DNA of 32,000 nt from Pasteurella multocida (GCF_900187275.1 NZ_LT906458.1:720001-752000), one strand, 5' to 3'. Shown: positions 18,512 through 26,635, counted from the first letter of the stretch. The notes: generated from the letters alone by a model not told the origin. Numbers and translations: made by a program.

Positions 18512-19171
18512 ATGGCAAAAATTCAACGCGTTACCGAGGCTAATTTGCCAACGGAATTTGGCATGTTTAGAATTGTCGGTTTTGAATTTCCAGACACCAA
18601 AAAAGAACATGTGGCATTAGTATTGGGAGAGGTAGAAAACACCGACGAGCCAATTTTAGCCCGCATCCATTCTGAATGCTTAACGGGCGATGCCCTTTAC
18701 AGCTTAAAATGCGATTGTGGCTTTCAACTGGCCGCTGCCTTACGTCAAATTAGCCAAGAAGGTCGTGGTGTATTAATTTATCACCGCGAGGAAGGACGTG
18801 GTATCGGTTTAATTAATAAAATCCGCGCCTATTCCCTTCAAGACAAAGGCATGGATACGATTGAAGCAAATCTTGCATTAGGCTTTGCGGCAGATGAACG
18901 AAATTTTGAAGTGTGTGCCGATATTTTTGCGTTGTTAGGCATTAATAAAGTGCGCTTATTAACCAATAACCCAAACAAAATTGACACCATGAAAAAGGCA
19001 GGGATCAATATTGTAGAACGTGTCGCATTAAATGTAGGCGAAAACCGCTATAACACGGAATATTTAGACACAAAAGCCAAAAAAATGGGGCATTTTATTA
19101 TTCATAATCAGCAAAAATACCCACTTGAGTGCCCTTATTGCTCAGAAGAAGTTCCTGTGCAAGAGAAATAA
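18512..19171 (+). CDS. ribA: GTP cyclohydrolase II, with a ~22-aa C-terminal extension
   Basis: ATG 18512 lies behind SD AAGGA; the track uses TTG 18506. Zn site is [38 protein letters not shown] is collinear with E. coli RibA. The extra tail is ...[26 protein letters not shown]. Confidence 0.92.
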   Translation: MAKIQRVTEANLPTEFGMFRIVGFEFPDTKKEHVALVLGEVENTDEPILARIHSECLTGDALYSLKCDCGFQLAAALRQISQEGRGVLIYHREEGRGIGLINKIRAYSLQDKGMDTIEANLALGFAADERNFEVCADIFALLGINKVRLLTNNPNKIDTMKKAGINIVERVALNVGENRYNTEYLDTKAKKMGHFIIHNQQKYPLECPYCSEEVPVQEK

Positions 19172-19177
19172 ACGCAA

Positions 19178-19197
19178 TGCCCCACTTCTGTGGGGTA
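19178..19197. terminator. Weak hairpin between convergent ribA and the binding-protein gene
   Basis: Stem CCCCAC (19180-19185) / GTGGGG (19190-19195) with loop TTCT. There is no T-run. Confidence 0.35.
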
Positions 19198-19219
19198 TGT
19201 GCAATCAATAGAGCGCATA

Positions 19220-20791
19220 TTATTTATGCTCACTGACCTTACGGTATAAATCTTTGCTATACATCGTTCCTGTAGGGTTATCAAGATGATAGCCTGTCAC
19301 TGTTGGATGGATAAAAATGGGGGTTGTATATTGGAAAATGGGTAACACGACATAATCTTGCTGTAATTGAGTAGTAATTTTGCTGTATAAATGTTTTCGC
19401 TCTGTTTCTGTTTGAGGTAAAAGCGTTTGTTCTAATAATTTATCCACCTCTGCATGATGATAACCTGCTTGATTATCGGCAGCTTGTGAATAAAAAATAT
19501 TTAAAAAGGCTGAAGGCTCATTGTAATCTGCACACCAACCGGAACGTATCACTTCAAAATCACGTTTCGCCCGTTTTTCCAATAACTGTTGCCAAGCAAC
19601 TGGCTGTGCCTTCACTCTGATCATATCTGATTGTGACCACATACGAATTAAGCGTTGCGCGATCTCTACATTCGGTGGCTGTTGATCATACGTCAAGGTA
19701 AATTGCAAAGGTTTACTTTCTGTAATCCCTTGTTGCTCCAATACTTGTTCGACCACGACAGGTTCCCAAGCCAAATCAGAATCCATTTGCATCGAATAAG
19801 GTAAAAACTGGGTTGTCGCTTGCATGTAAGGCACCACATCCTGCACAATACTCCGAGTTGAAATCATCGAAATTAATGCTTTTCGCACCGCACTTTTTTG
19901 TAATAATGGATGCTTAAGATTAAATTCATAATAATGCGTACAAAGTGTTGGGAAATATTGAAGTGGTGTAAGTGTATGTTGTGGTGCTAACACCCAATCT
20001 ATATTTGACACCGGTTGCGATGCACTAATTTTTTGATAATCCACAAACTTAAACGACACTTTTTGATGCGCCCAATAATGAGGATTTTTTTCTAAATGAA
20101 TGAAATCATCCTGTTGATTCACTAACCGATAGGCACCATTACTCACAAATTGCGCACTTTCTTTCTGATAAGTTGGTAATAACGCGACATGAGCCAACAT
20201 TGCTGGTAGTGCTGGCGTCGGTTTATCTAACTGAATACGTAGCACACGATGCTCTATTGCTTCAATACCCAAGTCTGCAACCGGCATGCTACCTTTTAAA
20301 ACAGCGTCTGCATTGGCTAAATTTAGAAAAGCTAAATAAGTTTTCAGTGGACTGGTAGAACTGGCTAGATTTTGCCAACTGTGTACAAAATCCTGTGCTG
20401 TTACCGCGTCACCATTCGACCATTGAGCCCCCTCACGTAAAATGAAAAACCAGGTTTTATAGTCTTCTGACTGCCAACTCTCCGCCACCGCCGGCACAGG
20501 ATGACCCGCCGTGTCATAGGCGGTCAAACCTTCCAGTAAATCTTGCAAAAAAATAGCTTGCTCTGCATTCGTCATTTGATGAGGATTGAGGATCAAATCA
20601 TGATAAACCGCACGCGTTAATTTTTCGCGACTCGGTGTCATGTCTGATACTGGGGGAGCAGAAAGGGAAGAAGACACAGAGGTCGGTTGATCACAAGCTG
20701 TGAGGCAAAAAATTAGCCCCGAAAAGACCGCACTTTTTAAGTGTGTCATCATATTTGTCTTGTAACGAGAAAAAGATGCATCGCTAAACAT
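19220..20791 (-). CDS. Family-5 (OppA/DppA-like) periplasmic solute-binding lipoprotein with no adjacent ABC permease or ATPase genes
   Basis: Lipobox LTAC. WSNGDAVTAQDFVHSWQ and EKNPHYW are typical of peptide/nickel/haem-type family-5 binding proteins. ATG 20791 has AGGA 8 nt upstream. Alternative ATGs at 20752 and 20749 would give a shorter signal peptide. Confidence 0.8.
   Translation of the reverse strand: MFSDASFSRYKTNMMTHLKSAVFSGLIFCLTACDQPTSVSSSLSAPPVSDMTPSREKLTRAVYHDLILNPHQMTNAEQAIFLQDLLEGLTAYDTAGHPVPAVAESWQSEDYKTWFFILREGAQWSNGDAVTAQDFVHSWQNLASSTSPLKTYLAFLNLANADAVLKGSMPVADLGIEAIEHRVLRIQLDKPTPALPAMLAHVALLPTYQKESAQFVSNGAYRLVNQQDDFIHLEKNPHYWAHQKVSFKFVDYQKISASQPVSNIDWVLAPQHTLTPLQYFPTLCTHYYEFNLKHPLLQKSAVRKALISMISTRSIVQDVVPYMQATTQFLPYSMQMDSDLAWEPVVVEQVLEQQGITESKPLQFTLTYDQQPPNVEIAQRLIRMWSQSDMIRVKAQPVAWQQLLEKRAKRDFEVIRSGWCADYNEPSAFLNIFYSQAADNQAGYHHAEVDKLLEQTLLPQTETERKHLYSKITTQLQQDYVVLPIFQYTTPIFIHPTVTGYHLDNPTGTMYSKDLYRKVSEHK
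20727..20735 (-). repeat. Uptake signal sequence core (Hin-type USS)
   Basis: ACCGCACTT on +; inside the signal-peptide coding part of the binding lipoprotein. Confidence 0.85.
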
Positions 20792-20847
20792 ATTGTTTTT
20801 CCTGAAAAATGATGTTCATTATACAAACAATGCTTAGCGAATACCAA

Positions 20848-21210
20848 TTATTGCTTTACTGTTTTAATCCAAAAGAAAAAGAACCAATATTTGGTCAAGA
20901 GAACTAGCACAATAATCGTCCGTCCGACGACACTTGGGGTAAAATAAAATCCAATCGATAACATAATCGTTGCGAACAATAAAATCCAAAACTTAGATTT
21001 TTGTGTTAAGGCACGCTCTTCTTTAAAAGATTTTAAGTGTTTGTTATACCATGGTGTTTGCAAAAACCAAAGGTGTAATCGATCAGACCCTTTTGCAAAA
21101 AAGAATAATGTAAGTAACAAGAAAGGCGTTGCGGGCAGAAGAGGAAGAATAATTCCCACAATACCTAATCCGAGAAAAATAAACCCTAATAAAATATAAA
21201 TTGCCTTCAT
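20848..21210 (-). CDS. ybaN: Inner-membrane protein YbaN (DUF454)
   Basis: MKAIYILLGFIFLGLGIVGIILPLLPATPFLLLTLFFFAKGSDRLHLW is collinear with E. coli YbaN. ATG 21210 is preferred over the track TTG 21234. Confidence 0.8.
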   Translation of the reverse strand: MKAIYILLGFIFLGLGIVGIILPLLPATPFLLLTLFFFAKGSDRLHLWFLQTPWYNKHLKSFKEERALTQKSKFWILLFATIMLSIGFYFTPSVVGRTIIVLVLLTKYWFFFFWIKTVKQ

Positions 21211-21269
21211 AACTACCCTTTTGAATAAAAACAATTCTCAATTATCTACAATTTTTTCGCTTTTTCAAG

Positions 21270-21297
21270 CTTGATATTATAAAATTTTGCCCAATGT
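21270..21297 (+). promoter_or_regulatory. Candidate sigma32 (heat-shock) promoter of prlC
   Basis: CTTGATA (21270-21276), 13-nt spacer, then CCCAATGT (21290-21297), compared with consensus CTTGAAA-N13-15-CCCCATNT. It lies 35 nt upstream of ATG 21332. I found no comparably good sigma70 arrangement. Confidence 0.6.
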
Positions 21298-21331
21298 AGT
21301 AAAAACGTATCATCGTTTAAGGAAATTATTT

Positions 21332-23371
21332 ATGTCCAATCCTTTACTTAGCTTTGAAGGGCTCCCCCCTTTTTCACAAATAAAACCAGAACACGTGCAA
21401 CCTGCCGTCGAAAATTTGATTCAAGCTTGCCGTGACAATATTGAACAATTACTCAAACAAGAACAATTCACATGGGATAATTTTATTTTACCTTTAACTG
21501 AAATGGGTGACCGTTTCAGTAAAGCCTGGTCTCCTGTTTCCCATCTCAATGCCGTCAAAAACAGTCCTGAACTCCGTGCAGCATATCAAGCGTGTTTGCC
21601 TTTGTTGTCGGAATACAGCACTTGGGTAGGTCAACATAAAGGGTTATATCAGGCTTATGAAAAACTTAAAAACAGTCCTGAGTTTGCACATTACGATTTA
21701 GCACAGCAAAAAACTATTGATAATGCCCTACGTGATTTCAAATTATCTGGTATTTCTTTATCAGCAGAGAAACAAAAACGTTATGGTGAAATCTCTGCAC
21801 GCTTATCTGAATTAAGTGCGCAATTTAGTAATAATGTCCTTGATGCCACAATGGGCTGGGATAAAGTGATTGAAAATCTCGAGGAATTAAAAGGATTACC
21901 CGAATCAGCTTTAGCAGCAGCCAAGCAATCTGCTGAGAATAAAGGGCTAGAAGGCTATCGTTTCACATTAGAAATCCCAAGTTATTTACCTGTCATGACC
22001 TATTGTGAAAATCGAGCATTGCGTGAAGAAATGTATCGTGCTTTTGTTACACGCGCTTCCGACCAAGGTCCAAATGCAGGAAAATGGGATAACAGCGCTA
22101 TTATGCAAGAAATTCTCAACTTACGTGTAGAGCTTGCCCACCTTCTTGATTTTAACTGTTATACCGAGCTTTCCCTTGCAACTAAAATGGCGGAAAAACC
22201 ACAACAGGTGTTAGATTTCTTAGACAGCCTGGCAAAACGTTCAAAAACACAAGGTGAGAAAGAATTAGCCGAGTTACTTGATTTCTGCCAAACACAATTT
22301 GGCGTAAATGAGCTTGAAGCTTGGGATATTGCTTTTTACAGCGAAAAGCAAAAACAATACCTTTATTCAATTAATGATGAAGAATTACGCCCTTACTTCC
22401 CTGAAAATCGTGTATTAGCCGGTTTATTTGAGTTAATTCAACGCATTTTTAATATTCGTACCGTTGAACGCTTTGGAATTGATACTTGGCATGACGATGT
22501 GCGTTTTTTTGATCTTATTGATGAAAACGATAACCTACGTGGCAGTTTCTACCTTGATTTATATGCACGTGAGAATAAACGTGGCGGTGCCTGGATGGAT
22601 GATTGTATCGGACGTCGCAAAAAAGCAAATGGTGAAATCCAAAAACCGGTTGCCTATCTCACCTGTAATTTTAACGCCCCTGTAGGAGATAAACCGGCTT
22701 TATTTACTCATGATGAAGTCACCACATTATTCCATGAGTTTGGTCATGGTATTCACCATATGCTGACTGAAATTGATGTTGCTGATGTTGCAGGAATCAG
22801 TGGCGTACCTTGGGATGCGGTGGAATTACCAAGCCAGTTTTTAGAAAATTGGTTCTGGGAAGCCGACGCGCTCGACTTTATCTCTGGTCACTATGAAACC
22901 GGTGAACCACTACCAAAAGAAAAATTAGCACAGCTCTTAAAAGCGAAAAATTTCCAAGCTGCGATGTTTGTCTTGCGTCAATTAGAATTTGGTTTATTTG
23001 ATTTCCGTTTACATCATCATTTTGATCCAACCAAAGCAAATCAAATCCTCGATACCTTAAAAGCGGTTAAAGAGGAAGTCGCTGTGATTAAAGGCGTAGA
23101 ATGGGCAAGAGCCCCGCACAGTTTTAGCCATATTTTTGCAGGTGGGTATGCCGCAGGTTATTACAGTTATTTATGGGCAGAAGTGCTTTCAGCTGATGCC
23201 TTTTCACGCTTTGAAGAAGAAGGTATTTTTAATCCAGAAACGGGGAAATCTTTCTTAGCTGAAATCTTAAGCCGAGGAGGAAGTGAAGAGCCTATGACCT
23301 TATTTAAGCGTTTCCGTGGACGTGAGCCACAATTAGATGCCCTTTTAAGACATAAAGGCATTGCGAATTAA
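21332..23371 (+). CDS. prlC: Oligopeptidase A (M3 family zinc metallopeptidase)
   Basis: Start moved to ATG 21332 (MSNPLLSFEGLPPFSQIKPEH) behind SD AAGGA. Zinc motif is HEFGHGIHH. The protein is collinear with E. coli PrlC/OpdA to the C-terminus (FKRFRGREPQLDALL). Confidence 0.95.
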   Translation: MSNPLLSFEGLPPFSQIKPEHVQPAVENLIQACRDNIEQLLKQEQFTWDNFILPLTEMGDRFSKAWSPVSHLNAVKNSPELRAAYQACLPLLSEYSTWVGQHKGLYQAYEKLKNSPEFAHYDLAQQKTIDNALRDFKLSGISLSAEKQKRYGEISARLSELSAQFSNNVLDATMGWDKVIENLEELKGLPESALAAAKQSAENKGLEGYRFTLEIPSYLPVMTYCENRALREEMYRAFVTRASDQGPNAGKWDNSAIMQEILNLRVELAHLLDFNCYTELSLATKMAEKPQQVLDFLDSLAKRSKTQGEKELAELLDFCQTQFGVNELEAWDIAFYSEKQKQYLYSINDEELRPYFPENRVLAGLFELIQRIFNIRTVERFGIDTWHDDVRFFDLIDENDNLRGSFYLDLYARENKRGGAWMDDCIGRRKKANGEIQKPVAYLTCNFNAPVGDKPALFTHDEVTTLFHEFGHGIHHMLTEIDVADVAGISGVPWDAVELPSQFLENWFWEADALDFISGHYETGEPLPKEKLAQLLKAKNFQAAMFVLRQLEFGLFDFRLHHHFDPTKANQILDTLKAVKEEVAVIKGVEWARAPHSFSHIFAGGYAAGYYSYLWAEVLSADAFSRFEEEGIFNPETGKSFLAEILSRGGSEEPMTLFKRFRGREPQLDALLRHKGIAN

Positions 23372-23383
23372 TATCTTTCCAAT

Positions 23384-23419
23384 AAAAAATACCGCACCAT
23401 CTAAAGTGCGGTATTTTTT
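23384..23419. terminator. Bidirectional terminator built around a USS, between convergent prlC and the NRAMP-like gene
   Basis: Perfect 14-bp stem AAAAAATACCGCAC (23384-23397) / GTGCGGTATTTTTT (23406-23419) with an 8-nt loop. The 3' arm contains AAGTGCGGT. Confidence 0.85.
23404..23412 (+). repeat. Uptake signal sequence core (Hin-type USS)
   Basis: AAGTGCGGT on +. It forms the 3' arm of the prlC terminator; the opposite arm is an imperfect copy (ACCGCACca). Confidence 0.85.
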
Positions 23420-23426
23420 TATCAAA

Positions 23427-24728
23427 TTAGGTTAACCAGCCTGCTTGTTGAGCAATAAACAGCAAGGTAAATGAAGTTAAATACATTAAGCCAATTAAGG
23501 ATAACCACAATAACTTCCCTTTAACACGATGCTCACCTTTTAATACCAATGATAAATTTAAATATGCAAATACGGGGGTTGAAACAAAAGACGCAATCAT
23601 CGCAAATTTCAACATTGGACCTACCGCATTATTAAAATAGAAAATAATGGCTAATCCTGCTAAAGCAGCAAAGGTAATAGCAACATTTAAATAGCTCGGA
23701 CGGCTTTCTTTCTTGCCTAAAATTAAACGTAAGCTTTCAACATTGGTGCGTGAATAACCATCGATAACCGTGATCGTTGTACCAAACATACACATAAAGG
23801 CAATGAACGCAATCAGGCCTCTTGCCCACTCACCGATCGTTGAAGCATACATATTAATTAATTGTGCGATGTATTTGCCACCTACCAATTGAACAGTTTC
23901 ACTTGAACCATGCTGAACTAACGCCCCTAATGCTAAGAAAACAAGCGCTAAAATGGCGGTACCAATATATCCTACATTAAAATCCCAAATACCGTCTTGA
24001 TAAGACACTTTCGATACACGGCGTTTTGCAATCACCCACATTGAATTGATGGCTGAAATTTCAATCGGTGCCGGCATCCACCCCATTAACGCCACAATAA
24101 AGCCCAATGCGGCTAAATTCCAAGGGCTGGCACTGACATAATCTGCGGGGGCAACACCTTGAATGCCATTACGTGCTAATGCAATTATCACGGCACTCAC
24201 TGTCGTAATTGTCAACGCAATCATGATCAATTTAGATAAGCCATCAAGTAAACGGTATTTACCTAATAACAGGATAGAAGTGCTCACCCCGATCACAATA
24301 AAACTTAATGTGGGTACAGGCACTTGAACTGGTAAGACGAAGGTCAAAATCGCCGCACAAAGCAAACCCACTGCTGCGGTGTTAATCACTGTGGCAAACA
24401 CATTAAGTAAAAAGAAGATCCAAATGTATAGCTTGCCTTTTCTTAAATAACCTTGCAATAAAGTTTCCCCTGAATCTAGCGTGTATTGCACGCCAAAGCG
24501 GAAGAAAGGATATTTGAATAAATTCGCTAAAATAATAATGATGGCCAATTGCCAGCCATAAATCGCACCAGACTGGGTAGATGCAATAATATGCGATCCA
24601 CCAACGGCAGCTGACGCCATTAAAATCCCCGGACCTAAAGCGGCAAATTTAGAATGCCATGTTGATTTTTCTATTTGTTGTGTTAATTCTGTCATACGAT
24701 ATTCCAAAAAAGAGTTTTTGATTGTCAT
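23427..24728 (-). CDS. NRAMP-fold (COG1914-like) membrane transporter lacking the canonical DPGN and MPH metal-site motifs; substrate unknown
   Basis: 433 aa and polytopic. The TM1 region reads GPGILMASAAVGGSH where MntH has GP.FLV.VGY.DPGN. The TM6 region reads GWMPAPIE where MntH has MPH. The start is either ATG 24728 (no SD, inside a palindrome) or ATG 24695 (weak GGAA). Confidence 0.7.
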   Translation of the reverse strand: MTIKNSFLEYRMTELTQQIEKSTWHSKFAALGPGILMASAAVGGSHIIASTQSGAIYGWQLAIIIILANLFKYPFFRFGVQYTLDSGETLLQGYLRKGKLYIWIFFLLNVFATVINTAAVGLLCAAILTFVLPVQVPVPTLSFIVIGVSTSILLLGKYRLLDGLSKLIMIALTITTVSAVIIALARNGIQGVAPADYVSASPWNLAALGFIVALMGWMPAPIEISAINSMWVIAKRRVSKVSYQDGIWDFNVGYIGTAILALVFLALGALVQHGSSETVQLVGGKYIAQLINMYASTIGEWARGLIAFIAFMCMFGTTITVIDGYSRTNVESLRLILGKKESRPSYLNVAITFAALAGLAIIFYFNNAVGPMLKFAMIASFVSTPVFAYLNLSLVLKGEHRVKGKLLWLSLIGLMYLTSFTLLFIAQQAGWLT

Positions 24729-24745
24729 TGTGAATTTTCACAATG
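24726..24745. promoter_or_regulatory. 20-bp perfect palindrome (candidate operator) covering the first ATG of the NRAMP-like gene
   Basis: CATTGTGAA-TT-TTCACAATG has 9-bp perfect arms. The half-site ATTGTGA and the TGTGA-N4-TCACA geometry resemble the symmetric lac operator AATTGTGAGCGCTCACAATT. A possible promoter TTGACT-17-GATATT lies just upstream on the minus strand. Confidence 0.4.
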
Positions 24746-24994
24746 TTTTAACAATATCGCCGATTTATTTATACTAGTCAACCGGACAAAAATAATACAA
24801 AAATAGTATTTTATACTGAAATAAACTAGGGTTTTAGTAAAAGCTACTGGTATGAAAAAGAAAAGTATAAGAAATACTCTATTTCTAGAAAGGAAAATAA
24901 CGATAAAATAAATTTGAAAAAATAATAAAAATTTTAAAGTAAAAATAAAATAATCGTAAAACGAAGTAAGTGAAATCAAAATTGAGAAAAGTGA

Positions 24995-25069
24995 TGGCTG
25001 GGGTACTAGGATTCGAACCTAGGAATGCCGAGATCAAAACCCGGTGCCTTACCGCTTGGCGATACCCCA
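24995..25069 (-). tRNA. glnU: tRNA-Gln (anticodon UUG)
   Basis: The reverse complement TGGGGTATCGCCAAGCGGTAAGGCACCGGGTTTTGATCTCGGCATTCCTAGGTTCGAATCCTAGTACCCCAGCCA is 75 nt and near-identical to E. coli tRNA-Gln(UUG). The acceptor stem is TGGGGTA/TACCCCA and CCA is encoded. Confidence 0.95.
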
Positions 25070-25098
25070 ACAACTATATTGACTTGCAAGCTAATGAA

Positions 25099-25183
25099 TG
25101 GTGCGGGACGAGGGACTTGAACCCACACACCTCGCGGCGCCAGAACCTAAATCTGGTGCGTCTACCAATTTCGCCAGTCCCGC
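25099..25183 (-). tRNA. leuW: tRNA-Leu (anticodon UAG)
   Basis: The reverse complement GCGGGACTGGCGAAATTGGTAGACGCACCAGATTTAGGTTCTGGCGCCGCGAGGTGTGTGGGTTCAAGTCCCTCGTCCCGCACCA is 85 nt. It has a long variable arm and anticodon loop TTTAGGT. Confidence 0.95.
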
Positions 25184-25188
25184 AAATA

Positions 25189-25265
25189 TGGTGGCTATGA
25201 CGGGATTCGAACCTGTGACCCCAACATTATGAGTGTTGTGCTCTAACCAACTGAGCTACATAGCC
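25189..25265 (-). tRNA. metT: Elongator tRNA-Met (anticodon CAU)
   Basis: The reverse complement GGCTATGTAGCTCAGTTGGTTAGAGCACAACACTCATAATGTTGGGGTCACAGGTTCGAATCCCGTCATAGCCACCA is 77 nt and near-identical to E. coli metT. An Ile-lysidine identity cannot be excluded from sequence alone, but the body matches elongator Met. Confidence 0.9.
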
Positions 25266-25305
25266 ATTTTCTATTTGCATTCACCTCATCGGCTTTGCGG
25301 GGCTA

Positions 25306-25334
25306 ATTATGCTGATATCGCCCCCACTCGTCAA
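25306..25334 (-). promoter_or_regulatory. Strong sigma70 promoter of the tRNA Met-Leu-Gln operon
   Basis: On the minus strand: -35 TTGACG (25329-25334), 17-bp spacer, -10 CATAAT (25306-25311). A GC-rich discriminator TAGCCCCGC follows. An AT-rich UP-like tract lies upstream (T8 at 25338-25345 on +). Confidence 0.7.
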
Positions 25335-25403
25335 CTCTTTTTTTTATAAAAATGAAATTTTTAACGCGTTCGCATACAGTTTGAACAAATCGCTGTAAAA
25401 GCA

Positions 25404-25412
25404 ACCGCACTT
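25404..25412 (-). repeat. Uptake signal sequence core (Hin-type USS)
   Basis: ACCGCACTT on +; abuts the nagC stop codon. Confidence 0.85.
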
Positions 25413-26635
25413 TAGTCTGCCAGCAAACGACGTAGCAAGCTCCCATCTAATAACGCACGTTTAATTAACGCAAATGCCCCAATGACATCTTCATTCTTCA
25501 GTTCTGATGCAACTAATGGCGTATTCTTGACAAAAGCAGGCAACGCATGGCTATCTAAAGAACGTTGTATTGCCGCAAACAAGATATTTTTGGCTTGGGT
25601 AATTTCACCAGAAATCACGATCTTCTCGGGATTAAACATATTCACACTCATCGCTAACACTCGTCCAATTTGCACCCCAACGTGTTCAATCAGTTCAATC
25701 GCTGCCGTATCCTGTTTGTTACTCGCCTTACAAATCGCATCAATATCGTGCGATTCAAGCGATAGCCATTTGCTCTCGTAGCCATCTTCTAACAGCTCGT
25801 GCATTTTGCGTTCAATCGCCGTATTACTCACGACAGTTTCCAAACATCCTACATTGCCACACAAACAACGTTTTCCCAGCGGATCAACTTGAATATGCCC
25901 AATCTCACCGACATTATTTTTATAACCTAAAAAAACCTCATGATTTATCACAATACCAGCGCCAACACCACGATGAATACGTAATAACAAAGAATCATAA
26001 CAATCTTGCGTCACACCAAAATAATGCTCTGCTAAGGCTAAACTGCGCACATCATGTCCAATAAAAGTGGCTAATTGCGTATGTTGTGAAATTTTATTCG
26101 CCAGATCCCAAGGCGCTTCTAAATCAAGATGTGGCATGTATTCAATCATGTCTGTTTTCACATCGACAAATCCCGGCACCGTGATCCCCACAGCGATAAA
26201 CTCACTGCCTCGCTTCTGATGTTGTGCAATAAATGCCGTCAAATGTTGTAGAAGAAAAGCCTCTATACTCGTAACACTTTGCTGTTCTGGTAAATCCACC
26301 ACATCTCTTTTTAATAACTTCGTGGATAAATCCATGATAGCAAAAGTCGCATGTTTACGACCTAAACGAATCAAAATCGTGCGGAAAGCTTTATGTTCCG
26401 CCACAATTGAAGTGGCACGACGTCCACCAGTAGATTCCTGTTGCTCCACTTCTTTAATTAACCCTCGAGCAAGCAGATGACGTGTAATTTTAGTGACACT
26501 CGCCGGGGCTAATTGGCTGAGTTCTGAAATTTGAATACGAGAAATGGGACCTTGTTGATCGATCAGTTTATAAACAACAGCGCTATTCATTTGTTTTACT
26601 AAATCAACATTTGCTATTTGGTGATTTTCTCGCAT
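25412..26635 (-). CDS. nagC: ROK-family transcriptional repressor NagC
   Basis: IANVDLVKQMNSAVVYKLIDQQGPISRIQISELSQLAPASVTKITRHLLARGLIKEVEQQESTGGRRATSIV is near-identical to E. coli NagC and closer to it than to Mlc. The Zn motif is GHIQVDPLGKRCLCGNVGCLET. The gene is monocistronic here, with no nagBA nearby. Confidence 0.88.
   Translation of the reverse strand: MRENHQIANVDLVKQMNSAVVYKLIDQQGPISRIQISELSQLAPASVTKITRHLLARGLIKEVEQQESTGGRRATSIVAEHKAFRTILIRLGRKHATFAIMDLSTKLLKRDVVDLPEQQSVTSIEAFLLQHLTAFIAQHQKRGSEFIAVGITVPGFVDVKTDMIEYMPHLDLEAPWDLANKISQHTQLATFIGHDVRSLALAEHYFGVTQDCYDSLLLRIHRGVGAGIVINHEVFLGYKNNVGEIGHIQVDPLGKRCLCGNVGCLETVVSNTAIERKMHELLEDGYESKWLSLESHDIDAICKASNKQDTAAIELIEHVGVQIGRVLAMSVNMFNPEKIVISGEITQAKNILFAAIQRSLDSHALPAFVKNTPLVASELKNEDVIGAFALIKRALLDGSLLRRLLAD

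Noticed and set aside
24729-24742. TGTGAATTTTCACA as a CRP or FNR site
   Set aside because: The half-sites look CRP-like, but the TGA and TCA triplets are separated by 4 nt rather than the 6 nt required in both the CRP and FNR frames. It is reported instead as an operator of unknown specificity.
24725-25200. Track ORFs 24725-24979 (-), 24885-25073 (-) and 24970-25200 (+)
   Set aside because: The first two are Phe/Ile/Lys-rich translations of the ~22% GC spacer. The second and third run through the tRNA genes. None has an SD.
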